Source of the DNA: Paragordius varius
Lineage: Eukaryota; Animalia; Nematomorpha
NCBI GenBank assembly: GCA_964247055.1
Contig: OZ176051.1
Location: 7,068,001-7,132,000, forward strand
DNA length: 64,000 nucleotides
Direction of reading: 5' to 3'
Shown here in pieces: positions 13,764 to 26,751 of the stretch. A program made the position numbers and the translations under genes. The number at the start of each line of letters is the position of its first letter. Within the stretch, counting starts at the first letter, position 1. The notes under the pieces are model-generated. The model worked only from the letters and a program-made list of their open reading frames with translations, searched no databases and was not told the DNA's origin.

Positions 13764-15160
13764 TATACCATTTTTCATGCAAAAACATCATTTTTTCAAC
13801 CAAATGCAACATTTTTTCAACCAAACGCAACATTTTTTCAAACGCAACATTTTTTCAAGCAAAGACATCATTTTTTCAAGCAAACGCAACATTTTTTCAA
13901 GCAGACGCAACATTTTTTCAAGCAAACACATTTTTTCATCCAAACGCAACATTTTTTCATCCAAACGCAACATTTTTTCAACCAAAGACAACATTTTTTC
14001 AAGCAAAAACAACAATTTTTTAAAAATTAAAAACCATTTTTTTTATTTTAAGACATATTAAATTTAAAGTTAATGGAAATTAATTTTAGCGTAGAATTAT
14101 GATTTTTATTATTTTATCATAAATATGTGATGGTATGATTGATTTTCAAACAAAATTTTGCCCATAATTGCATTATTTATATTATTTTATTCTTTTACAA
14201 CTTTAGTTTAACCTTATCAGTCCATACATTTTGCGCTTCAAAATTGTCCTTGAAAATTTAAAGTTGGTCCTAGAACACTTCAATTTGGTCCTTCAATATT
14301 TTAATTTTGATTCTAACTTTTATTAATCAAGCAATATTATATTCATCTATCCTATCATTAACCTATTTTCTTTATTTCCTAAACTTTTAAGGGAATACCA
14401 TTTCTTTCATAAGAACCATCTTTCAATATTATTTTTTATAAAAAATTTAACATTATTAAACATCTAGGATTTGTGGGTTATTAATCGTAATATTTAGTTT
14501 AAAACATCAATAAGTTAATAATATTGATTTAAAGAAAATTAGTTCGAAACAAATAAAGATGTTTTTACTATAAAAATATTATTTTTGATTCAAATACTAA
14601 TAAATAAAGATATTAGTTTAAATTAAAAAAAATAGATAATTACATACGAAAATAACGATTGTTTGCAAAAAAATGAAAGAAACTTTAAACAAGACACTCT
14701 TAAAGCGCAAGTTGTATTTATTGATTTAGTGAAACTGTTGTAAAAGAAAAAATATAATATAAATAATGCAATTATGGGCAAAATTTTGTTTGAAGATCAA
14801 TCATACCATCACATATTTATGATAAAATAATAAAAATCATAATTCTACGCTAAAATTAATTTCCATTAACTTTAAATTTAATATGTCTTAAAATAAAAAA
14901 ATGGTTTTTAATTTTTAAAAAATTGTTGTTTTTGCTTGAAAAAATGTTGTCTTTGGTTGAAAAAATGTTGCGTTTGGATGAAAAAATGTTGCGTTTGCTT
15001 GAAAAAATGTTGCGTTTGCTTGAAAAAATGTTGCGTTTGCTTGAAAATATGTTGCGTTTGCTTGAAAAAATAATGTCTTTGCTTGAAAAAATGTTGCGTT
15101 TGCTTGAAAAAATGTTGCGTTTGGTTGAAAAAATGATGTTTTTGCATGAAAAATGGTATA
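13764..15160. mobile_element. Foldback-like element, family B: about 410-bp near-perfect inverted arms, about 570-bp spacer
   Basis: Arm 13764-14183 is the reverse complement of 14757-15160. Each arm starts TATACCATTTTTCATGC and contains about 11 tandem 21-bp units CATTTTTTCAAGCAAACGCAA plus about 170 bp of unique inverted sequence. Confidence 0.9.
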
Positions 15161-15679
15161 CAAACGTTTCCATTAATTTTTTTATCAATTTTATTGATAA
15201 TCCGATTCACGCGTTGATTTTCATTTAGTCATATGACCATTTAAAATAATTGCGCTAAAATGGGAATTATACTGTGCTATAAATAAACATGAAATGAAAA
15301 ATAAGGTAACGCTTTCTATTCTAACAGGAATTTCTTTTTGCAATAATTTATTATAACTTTTCTCGATATGAATAATAATTTAAATGTCGAATATATATAA
15401 ATTTGTGAAGTCAATAATTTCGTAACATTTCTTGAATAGCTGGATAAAGGGAACATTGATCTAATTAGAAATGATATATTAAAATATTTAACTTAAAGTT
15501 AACCTAAAACAAAATGTACCCTCATAGTTATCGATGATGTTTTCAGATAAATAATTTAAATTAGTCTCAAACCTAATAAACAATTATTATTAATAAATAT
15601 TTGTGACTAATTAAATAGTTGATGTAATTAATCCCAAACAATTTTGTCAATTATTTTCGAAATAATTTTAGAAAGATCA

Positions 15680-18600
15680 TCAAGGATATAAAAAAAGTTT
15701 TTTACACATACTTGGCATATTATTGTTGTGATATTCTACATAACTACGAAGCGTATTATCTATGTTAGTATACAATGTATGTTGAAGGGGTGTAAATGCG
15801 CTACAATTTTTAAGCATTGGCAAATCAGCCAAATGCGTTACATTGTGAGTCATGTCATAGAAAATTGGTATGACAATTTTAGTTGATTGTGAGGTTGGTG
15901 TATTACCCGTTAAGATATATTCGGTTCTAGAAACTTCCATCTAAAATATAAAAAAGTCATACAGTAAAAATTTAAATTAGAGACAGTAAAAAATAAAATT
16001 TAAATTTTTTTAAAAAGAAACATTTTAACTTGGAGATCTTATCGTTTTGGGTCGCGAAATAGGGATTGATTAGTATACACAAAATAAAAATTGTAATTAT
16101 ATGATTTATATGGAGAAATTAAGATTATTTTCTCTAAAAAATATATATTTGTCTATAGTTTTTACGTTTTGTCTGCATATCAATTTTTAGTCTATTTTTT
16201 TACCAAATTAAATTGCATCCTATAATATATATATTATATATTACCAGGAAAAACATCTTTCCATTCTTTATTCGGAGAGCGGAAGTCCCCACCGGAGCAA
16301 AGAGTGGAAGGTTCGGTTTTATCGTTAAATTCATGACAAAGTTTGAGCTACAATCTTTGATAGTATTGTGAGGTATTGTGTTTTTAACATTATTATTAAT
16401 ATTAACAGTGTTGGAGGCAGAATAATTACCATAAGAAAGTGTCCCGTACTTACTATCGTATATATTGGTATCAAGTTCAACCAATTTCAAATAATCCAAA
16501 AGTAAATTGATCGGACAACTAGCCAGGAGTGTGACGACAGATTTGATTAAGGATGGAATAACATTTTGCATATTGTTTTGTGGATCATTAATCTATGCAA
16601 ATAGAAATTAAAAATGAAAAGCTGCTAAAATTTGATACCTAATAAGCGGTTAAGAGTTTAGGGTATCGAGAATAAAAGTAGTGAAAATGCCCCATTATAA
16701 CTTAACTAAAGATAAATGAAAAGTTATCCCTTCATAATTTCATTTACACTCTTTTATTTTATAACTAAACTTTAAATGAAATATAATGAACCAAACTAAC
16801 GATAAATATATAAAATACTTCTTCATATTTATAATGAGCTATATATTATAATAAGAACTATACTATAAAAAAATACCCTCTATGGGCATAAAAAATTCTT
16901 TAAACCTCTCTTACGAATATTTATATTTTATATATTAACACAAAAAAGATTTTAATACATAAAAGTTCCAGAATCGTTGAAGGATACCATCATAGTAAAC
17001 GTCTAAATTAGTATTCAATTTGATTTTATCTATATTGCGATTATCATCAAGACTCAGAACAAATGATATGTTATTGATTAAGCTTTTAGCCGAGATAATG
17101 AGATTTTCATTGCTTGCATCATTGGAGTATAAAGGAAAGGTTGTTTTTGACGTAAATTTTGACCAATTAACATTCATATTGTTCTTAAAAAAGTTTGTTT
17201 TAAATAAATTAAGAAATATAATAAAATAATCTAATGTGAAATATAAAAAAGTAATTTTAAAAAAGTAAAATACCTCGTTTTCCATCGTCGTACAAAAGAT
17301 ATGAGCCATATTATTAATTTCCGAAAATTGTTGAAAAGAATTAAGATGAGTGGGGGAAGATATAGGAAAGCTTTTTAAATAATTTATATTGGCATAAAAG
17401 GATTGACGAACATTTTCAAAGCATTCTGATACAACTACCCCATATTGCCGTATAAAATATTCCTATCATTTTTTTGAATATAATTAATAAAATAAATATT
17501 AAGGACCACATAATACATTAATATAGACCCAAATTATTTTTAAAATAAAAACAATTTGATTTTAAAATATGGCTTCCTTTAACATTTTTTGGTTTGATAT
17601 AAAAAAATATTGAAAATATATTAAGCTGTAAACACATTTTCGAGCTACTTTAACTGTCTTATACTTATTGAATATATTTATTAAAATTTTTCCAAAATGT
17701 ATCTAAACATTAAATCCAATAATTACACCATACACATCAAATTCAACCTTAAATATTTTATTTCACCCTTAACCTTTCCCCATTTCAAATTCACCCAATG
17801 ATGAATATGTGTTTTTGGGTTAATATAACTAATTGTTGATATAAATTTTTTTTATGGTATGGTTTATGATTTTTTTCTGTATTATGTTAGCAAAGATTCA
17901 TTTTTAAAAATATTACATTTATGAGTAATTGATTCTCAAAAACATTAATTATTTTAAGGCTAAATTTGATATGTTTAAGGGTAAATTCGAAGTGTTCAAG
18001 GGTGAATTTGAATTCTTCAAGCAATATAAAGTGTTTAAGGGTGTATTCGAAATGTTCAAGGGTGTATTTGAAATATTCAAGGGTAATTATACTAAATGAT
18101 ATATACCTTAAAAAATAGCAAAGGTTTTATTTTCATGGTGGACGTAACAGTATCTTGATTAAATTTTAATGGCGTGAGGGTTGATGAATAATAATCGCTA
18201 ATTTTAACGTTAAAATTTAGGGCTTGTTCTAACGTATCCCAGGAGCTTTCATCATACAATTCAATGTTAAGTATAAAACTACAAAAATATATGGTATATA
18301 TATATATGTATGAATTTAAAAATTTTATATTATTTTTAAAACTATAAAAATTGGTTATAAAAATACGTGTTTTTATAGTTGATGTGAATATGGTTGAAAG
18401 AATGAAATAGCATTAAACTTTCCGGTACATTCATATATGGTTCCATGATTTTTGTTTCAAACAAGAGGACTAAACGTTTAAGGTTCTGTTAAAACAAGAT
18501 AATAGAATAAAATAATCAGTGCCATATATATAAAAATAGATGTAATATATATTCAAAAATATAAATAAAATACGGATATAACAACTAATTTTTTACCTAG

Positions 18601-21600
18601 AAACTTCCTAAAAGCGGATTCATTTCTCACTAAGTAAGGTTTTCATATTTAGATTAACCATTACATATTTTAGCTTATATCATTGTTCAAACACGATGCA
18701 TTTTTATTCCCTTAATCTTAATATTTTTTTATCAAGTTACAAATATTTAAAAATAATAAAAAATATATGCTTACTATAAACAAGCGTCCAATAAATTGTT
18801 TGCAATCATCAATATTAGTTGTCAGCTTTTTCGCATGCATTTGAATTAGACGGCGAAGTGAATCATTTACAAACAAGTTGTGATAACAATTTGGATTAGG
18901 CTTTGTAGCTAAATAATTGGAGGTGGTGTGACATGTACATATTATTCCGACATTTATTATGTCAGGCACACAAATATTTTCTTTTGATTCTTTTTTCGCC
19001 GGGATTTGGGTCGAATCTTGACCTAAATTTTTGTTGGGTAAGGGTATCGATGATGAAAAGATGACATTAAATGATAATAAAAGTGTGCATGCCACGGATT
19101 TCGTTTCTTTCGTGCTGGCAGGATTATTCAATAAATTCAACAAAAGTTTTTTATAATTGTAAAAATGAATGCGAGGATACAATTCTTTTGACATTGCAGT
19201 CAGGAGAGCGTTGAAAAACGATAAATTTTGTAAATCTTGATGGAATGCATCCGCAATCCGTTCAAAACTATGGTAGGGAATCGTGAAATATTGCAAATAA
19301 ATATGGTTTTTGAGAGGTGATGTTCTGTATTGAGAAAAACTTAAATCATTTTCTTTTTGAATTACAGAATTCGGATTATCAAATGACAGGTCGGATCGAT
19401 TTTTAACATGTGGTAAATGATCCAATTCTAACATAACGAACCAATATCTTGCAGTTTTACCTTGGAGATATAATTGCGCCTTAACCACTTCATAATTATT
19501 TATATAGTAATGAGTTGAATTATGTTTCCCTAGCACTGTAATGTAGGGCAGTGGTAACAAATTTTTATTGGCAATTTTAGTGCGCGCAAACAAAAGCTGT
19601 AAACTAAATTCAAAAGAGCATGAATTAGTTTTTAAAATATCACTAATCATCCCAGATTTAATTATTCTACTTTCTACGATTTCCATGTTGTAATTATTTT
19701 GCAACAAAGTATTAGCCGGGGACAAATTCGTAAAAGTATGGCTTAATTTAGCCCACAATTCTGACAAAGGGATAAGGGAATCAAATTTGACAATGTCATG
19801 TGGTAAACTGGATACATATTTGATTGCTGCTAATGGTGAATTGGTTTTTTCTAAATAGTAAATTGATAAAACATTTAAAATTGTTAAAGAATGTAATTAT
19901 TTACTTTAAATTTATTATGCATCGGTGATTATTTTTAAAATGAATAAATTAAATACAGATTTAGCATTAAACGTTGAAAATTGTAAGTATACAAATGCCC
20001 TTGTGCATACAATTAGCCCATTAATGCCAATAAAAAAAACGTTATCTAAAAAATAATTAATTTCTTCGATTGAAAAAATTAGTTGCATTATATAAAATTT
20101 TGCATTTAACTAAACTTTAAATCATATCACAAAAATTTATTACTTTGAACAATCGGCATAAGAATTTGATTATCTGTTTTGGAAGTTGTTGTATAATTAT
20201 AGACAAAGAAAGAACGAATAGGATTAGGGATTAAATTGTCCAAACAAATGTGAATAAACTATGATATATAATATAACAAAATAAAAAAAAATATGCAAAA
20301 AATGTCGGAAACTTTTTAAATGAAAATACTTTCAATTAATTACAAAGAGTAACTTTAATAATATACCATATTGTACGATTTATGCCTTGTAAAGTTATAA
20401 AGCAAAATTAAATCATTTCTTTTATCTAGGGTGGCTAATTCAATTTGAGTATTCTTAGTTTTGTCCTTTCGTTCCGTCATATAAAAAGTTCGTAGCAAAG
20501 CTTTATCTTGATTATAATGGTGTAACTCTGTATTGTACGTTAAATCAATGTAAAGTGATAAATGTGATAATCGTTGAGTCAATATATCCATGAATGCATA
20601 ATATTTGAGAGTTTTATGTATTGTAGATATGGTGCTAAGGAGATCATACAATGCATTCAAAGCCCTGCCTTGCCAATCTTTAGTCTGTAAACAGTGTCAA
20701 ATTTAGAGTAAAAAAAATTGGAATTACAAAGGCCAAACGAAACTAAAATACAATTATTTATTGTAAAAAAAACAATTATATTTATTAATAATCATGATTA
20801 ATTTAGTATATCAAGTTAAAGTAAATGGCAAACACGCTTAAATAAATTAACTATTTATTTTTTAAAAATCATTTATACGCGTTTATGCCATTTACTTTAA
20901 CTTGATTTAAAAATGCGTGATTCCTTCCTTTTTTTAATTTAGTATATGTTATGATTTTGAGTTGCAAATAAAGATTAGGATGCCACTTGGTAATACACTA
21001 TGTTACATATTTCACATATTATAAAAGATAGATATGAAAAATAATATTTTAACTATAAAAAAATATTTGTCTTGTAGTTTTTAAAGTTTTTATCATTATA
21101 ATTTTAATTCTGCGTGAATGATATAAAACAATATCTATGTTAACAAAAATATTTTTTCTCTAAACATTAATGTTCATACCATAAAAGTTGGTTCATGCGA
21201 ATAGTATGCATAAAAAAGAAGTGTATCCATTTTGGAATTCAAATCTTTTTGTAGGAGCGGTATTAAATCATGGTACGTATCTGTAGTGTATGCAAGTGGG
21301 TGTATAACTAAATGACCTTGCAATTTATCCACTGTTATATGATATATAGGTTCATCTTTGATGCTGTCAGTTATATGATAATCAAATACCTATTGATAAA
21401 AAATTGTATAATTTAAATATTAGGCTTTTAATAGAGAACATATTTTATATGTAAAGATAATTAAAACATCCTTTTATATATCATATAAACCGTCTACATG
21501 TTCAAAATCTACATATATTTTATAATGTACCTGTCCATCAAAGTTTATTCCCTATTTAAAAACTAAAATAATGTAAGAACAGTGCAAGATTTTCGAGAGA

Positions 21601-24600
21601 CAAGACAATAAATATTAGTTAACAGCAAACATATTTGACATGATCATTAAAGATAAACATAATTTGGTTAATGAGGTGAGAGGCACATCAAATTTATCTC
21701 AAGACAATTTGTATTAAAGATTACAGTAAAGAATTTTAGAAGTTCCAAGATTATAATCCTATATTCAATTTTATAAGGCTTCTATTTAACATCAATTAAA
21801 ACCAGTAAGGCTATTAATAAAACACAAAATAATTAAATTTGACCATGAATACTTAAAAATTGACAATAAAAAACATATAAAACAAATCATTTACGTTGGG
21901 CTAGTCGAATTCATAAAGGTATAAATTAAAATAAATAATCGCACAACCAATAATTAACAAAAAGAAACCATTTAAAAAGGATTGTATATTCCAAAAATAG
22001 TTACGGAGCATTTGATGTTTAATATAAAATACATCCCTTGAATCAAAATAAACCGTTTGAAAATAATTTCAAGGTGATATCATAGTATATATTAACCTTT
22101 AAAACTGGGATTTTTATTGACATACAATTCGTTTGAAAATCGATCCGTATATTTTTAAAACCAAAGCGTTTCTTAGCTAATCGATACGCTATATGTAGAC
22201 CATATAGCTTTTGGATTGTGCGTTGATATATGACATTTTCCAAGATTTGTGATAATGTTTCCTTGGTTATTACATTTTTATCAAGACGATCATTAGTATA
22301 TTCGTTTTCCGGAAGATTTTTTTGCATATTGCATAGTTTTTCATCTAACAAACCAATAAATATATACTATTTACACCTCAAATTTACCCTAAGAATTCAA
22401 TTACACTCTTCAGTTCCAATTCACCCTCTAACAATTAAAAGTCACCCTTAAATATATTATGTGTTTTTATATTTTAATTTTTATATTTTTTTATATTTGA
22501 AAAAAAGTAATTACGTTTAAAAAACTAGGCCATAAAAAATATTTCTTATTAATGATGCAAAACATATAATTACAAGGGTGAATTTGAATTGTAAATAAGG
22601 ATTAGAGTTGTAAATGGGACATTATACACCAAGGTATTATGTTATACAAGAAAATTTTTAGTAATTCTAAAAACTATACCTAATTCTACAATCTTGAGTA
22701 AACCACCAATCTCATCATGATATTGGGTAGGGTAATGTTTAATAACCAGCTCATAATCATCGGTGTCTATGGACCCATTTTTATGTGTAGTATCTTTGTC
22801 ACACCGATCTATCGATATATCCAGGTAATAAGTGAATGGATTAACATAGGCTGTTCGTGATAATTTAGGGTCATTTTCTTTAACGCTAATACCAACATTT
22901 GTCCAATAAGCCAATGAGATGCATTGATTAGGGAGATAGCGTACAATGTTAAAGGGTATGAGATTATCTTGTAGTGCAAATTGCTAAAAGCGCATATGTA
23001 AGGGAAAAATTATTTTAAAATTTTATCTAGACTCGTTGGGTTTTTTTGTAAGGCCACAAATCGGTTCTGAAACCACAATTATGTTTTTGGATATAATCTT
23101 GTTACAAAAATTGTTTAAAATATAATCACTCTATTTTTTAATATTGCCATTATTTTATTTGATATATAAAAGTATAGTTTATGGATTTTACCGAAAATAG
23201 TATCACATATGAGAATTTGATGTTAATATTATATTAGACATTATTGTATCAAAATAATTACCGTAAAATTTCATAAATAGAACGAAAAACCAAAACTGAA
23301 AAACGGTTTCGGCTTGAAAAAAATGATTTAGTCTAAAACTAATATTATTTTAAATCTTGTAAATTTAGCAAACTAAACTTTAAGAATCTTGCATTTATTT
23401 GCATAACTAGGTCATAAAAGTTGGCAAAATCAAAAAAATAGACAACTAAAACTCGTTACTTGCTTTTGTATGGAGAGGAAAAAGCTTTCGATTTTAAGCC
23501 CAAGACAAAATGCATGCAATAATTGAGCTACACTATTCAGCGGTGATATATTACCCAGATCTAAACAATAATAATAATAATATTTAAATTGAGTACAGTA
23601 TGAAGAAAAACACTGGGTCATTATCCCATCATGACGCTAATTTAAAAAAAATATAAAGAATAGGAAAATTTTTGATTAAGATTTAACAAAACTATAAATT
23701 TAATATAATTAAATAATATATAATGAAATTAAACATATTCCACAGATATTTCAAAAATTGAATAAAATCATTAATTTTTTTCGATTATTTTCCATTATCC
23801 GGTGTTCCCAACTTGCGATTATAAAACGAGTGTTTTATAAAAAAATCGTTAAGTGCATGATAATCATCATTTAGTTTATAGGCGCTGATTATTTAAAAAA
23901 ACTCATGAAAAAAATGGAGGTCCACTGTAATTTTATCGTATTTACAGTAAAAAAAAGTTATAAAAGACCTTGGACAAGGGCTAATTTGGTATCAACCAAA
24001 TGTTTCATGTAAATTTGTTGACCTTCATCCAATACATTAGGGATCATATTAAAAGATAGGCATATCCATGGCGAAGTTTTTATTGCTATTATAATGATTG
24101 TTTGAAAAAGCTTTAATAAAGGAATGGTTACAATTTTGGACAATTTTATTATATATATATATTATATTTCCAAACATTATATATAAAACTCAAAATATGC
24201 TAATTGGCGAAAAAATACCATTTATAAAATACCAATTTTACAAATACTTCATTATTAAGATAATGTGGAACATAATTGTATTTTTTTTAAATAAAGAAAT
24301 AAAAGAAAACTTTTTATTCAATAAAATGTGGAATTAAGCCTAATAAAAATATTATCATGTCGAAAAATGTGTATAAATGACTTTAAAATCTAGTGGTAGC
24401 CTATTAAACTAATTTTTTTAGAAATAACTTACTTTGATGTTCATTATCTTCTTTGGTATTCAATTGTAAAGTTAATTCCAACATGTAACGATCTGCCTCA
24501 TTCCATAACCGTAATTTTCCATTGCCTAAAATGAAAAATGCAATGCATAAAATTATTATAAATGAATGGTCGCTTTGTTACAGAACCATTAATACACAAC

Positions 24601-25639
24601 AAAATAAAAGTCAATTTATTTATATGATAATATAAGTGCCTTTTACGATTCCAATATATAACTACATAACTATGAATAAAAACACAATTAAATGATACCA
24701 AATTTTATATTAATCATCCAAAAATGAGATAATTTAAATTTTCCATATAATAAATTAATTTATTTAATATTAAAAGAGTTAAATTTATATTAATATGCCT
24801 AATTAACAAGTTCACCGAGCTATTGCAAATATCAGTCGTTTAAATTTAACCACAATCAAAAAATATTGGATATTACTGCTAATAAAACAACTATACTTAT
24901 AATTTAGCCCTTATACATGAGTGCACATAAAATAAAATCTCATAACTTTATTATATACATAAATAATATGAAATTGTTGTTTGCTATTTAAAAATTGTAA
25001 TGCAATAAAAAATACCGAAAGATTTAACAGCGAATAATTTGGGTAAACCATCGGTTAAAAGTTTGCAATTAATGTAAAAATTGAGTTGTTTATTTAGGAA
25101 TGCACGTTCTGCAACTGTAAGTGTAGGGATCGAACATGTTTTATCCTGAAAATAATTTATATATTTACCCTAACTACATTAGGTATATGAATATATTTTC
25201 CTTCAGTTATCACGTTAACGGCTTCAAATATACGATATTTATTTAATCTATATTACATATATTAATTAAGTACCGAGCATTATACAAAGTCTCACGCGAA
25301 AGAATAGATAAAAAATCTGCGCTATCAATAAATATTCTAGATTGATTCTCAATGAATTCCAAAATTTTCTGCAATAAAAATATAATGCAACTCTATATTT
25401 TTTGTCATATTCATAATTTTCAGCCCATTCAATAATTTTTAATAAACGAATATATGTTTTGCGTGCATTATCAGCAAAAAATAGAATGTCCATTTTTCTA
25501 TGAATATTTTGTACGTAAAAATATACCGTTCAAAATCATTTTTTCTCAATAAAATTTCAGACAAAACCGATATATCTTGATAGGTTTTTTGGATGTTGAA
25601 ATCCAATAACATTTGCAAGGAAATCGTTTTTTGTTCCAT
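15680..25639 (-). CDS. MED14: Mediator of RNA polymerase II transcription subunit 14
   Basis: Exons (minus): 25639-25527, 25497-25392, 25368-25274, 25247-25169, 25145-25016, 24525-24433, 24085-23969, 23560-23460, 22983-22680, 22344-22097, (21551-21531), 21389-21180, 20684-20367, 20258-20144, 19850-18775, 18485-18367, 18278-18107, 17462-17274, 17183-16959, 16592-16245, 15940-15680; total about 1480 codons. Colinear MED14-like motifs: ISLQMLLDFNIQKTYQDISVLSEILLRKNDFERKMDILFFA...RLLKIIEWA, FIDSADFL...ARL, LLHAFCLGLKIE, LYLQGKTARYW, FYNYKKLLL, PLFAPVGTSAL...KMFFL, IVIPIFYDM. The start codon and last exon are less certain. Confidence 0.9.
17720..18105. mobile_element. Foldback-like family A copy 2 (degenerate, in MED14 intron)
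   Basis: Left remnants CAAATTCAACCTT and CAAATTCACCC (17737-17795). Right array of about six GGGTGAATTTGAA-like units at about 21-bp spacing (17957-18085), ending TAAATGATATATA at the splice donor of exon 18278-18107. Confidence 0.7.
22363..22620. mobile_element. Foldback-like family A copy 3 (degenerate, in MED14 intron)
   Basis: Starts TATACTATTTAC, then CAAATTTACCC / CAATTCACCC / GTCACCCTT units. Right arm AAGGGTGAATTTGAATTGTAAAT...GTAAATGG. Confidence 0.65.
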
Positions 25640-25748
25640 CCCTGCACAAAAAATATTTATATAACCATGCTTTATTACCGAAAAATGTTTAACCAACTGT
25701 TTTATACCTGTGACCAATAACAAAGGTTGCTATGTGGTCTCATGATAT
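25640..25748. promoter_or_regulatory. Putative compact bidirectional promoter / 5'UTR region between MED14 and the esterase-like gene
   Basis: Only 109 bp lie between the inferred divergent start codons (25639 minus, 25749 plus). No core promoter motif can be confidently identified. Confidence 0.55.
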
Positions 25749-26714
25749 ATGAACTGGATTTTTACGTATTTAGTTGTATCCTCTAATTTATATTTATCCC
25801 AATCTTTAAATGTAAAAATTTGTTTAATTTTTTAGCTGGTTATAGAAACATCAACAGGATACGTTAGAGGAAAATTGTTAAATATTACCTATGACACAAA
25901 TTCAAGACATACCATTAATGTAATTGCATTTTTGGGAATACCCTATGCCGAACCACCTATCGGCATAAATAGATTTAAGGTAATTATTATATCTTAAATT
26001 ATTTTAGCCTCCCTTAAAGAAACAACCATGGGTTACCACTCTCAATGCCTACGATGTTTCGCCATTTTGTCCCCAAATTGATCCGAAATATGGAATTAAT
26101 TATTTTCAAGAAGATTGTTTATATCTAAACATTTATGTTCCAGAGGCATTAGTAATTAATTATTCATATTATTCTGGCATATTTAATTTCTTAATTTTTT
26201 TTATTAATTTCGAATCCTTCATTATGTAAAATCATATTTGGCTCAAAACATCTTATGTAATTTGGATTGTAAGAGTTTCAATTTACATAGAGCTGTTTTT
26301 GTCAATATTGTTTTTTGGCATGCCATTTTTTTTAAAATACACCAATATAATAATTCCTTAAGGCTTTTATATAATTAACATAAATTTTACTCATTAAATA
26401 TTCCATCTAAATCTTTGAGATATAATGATGCGTTTTCAAAATTTTCTTTAAAACGTGAATAATATTTAGCCCCCTGTAATGTTATTAGTTTGAATAAATA
26501 TTTTGTTTTAGTAGCAATTAAAAATTGTAATATATTAATTTATATAGTCAAATTCCCCTAAAACTACCATAGTATACTTTCATGGGGGATCCTACGAAGT
26601 TGGTTCAAGCAATATGTGGCCCCCATATGTTTATGCAAAGGAAGATGTCATATTTATAACAGTTAATTATAGATTGGGTTTATTGGGTATATACACAATT
26701 TTTTGAACTAACAA

Positions 26715-26751
<37 letters not shown>

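Noticed and set aside
13693-15228. Six repetitive ORFs (LLEKMLR, SSKRNIF, FFKQTQH, FFQANAT)
   Set aside because: They are translations of the 21-bp arrays in both arms of the Foldback-like element, open only because the unit is 7 codons and stop-free.
18718-19767. Stand-alone 349-aa gene or viral insert
   Set aside because: It is a phase-consistent internal exon of MED14 with colinear motifs.
26146-26153. GC-AG intron
   Set aside because: A canonical GTAATT donor lies 6 nt downstream in the same phase, so a GC donor is not needed.
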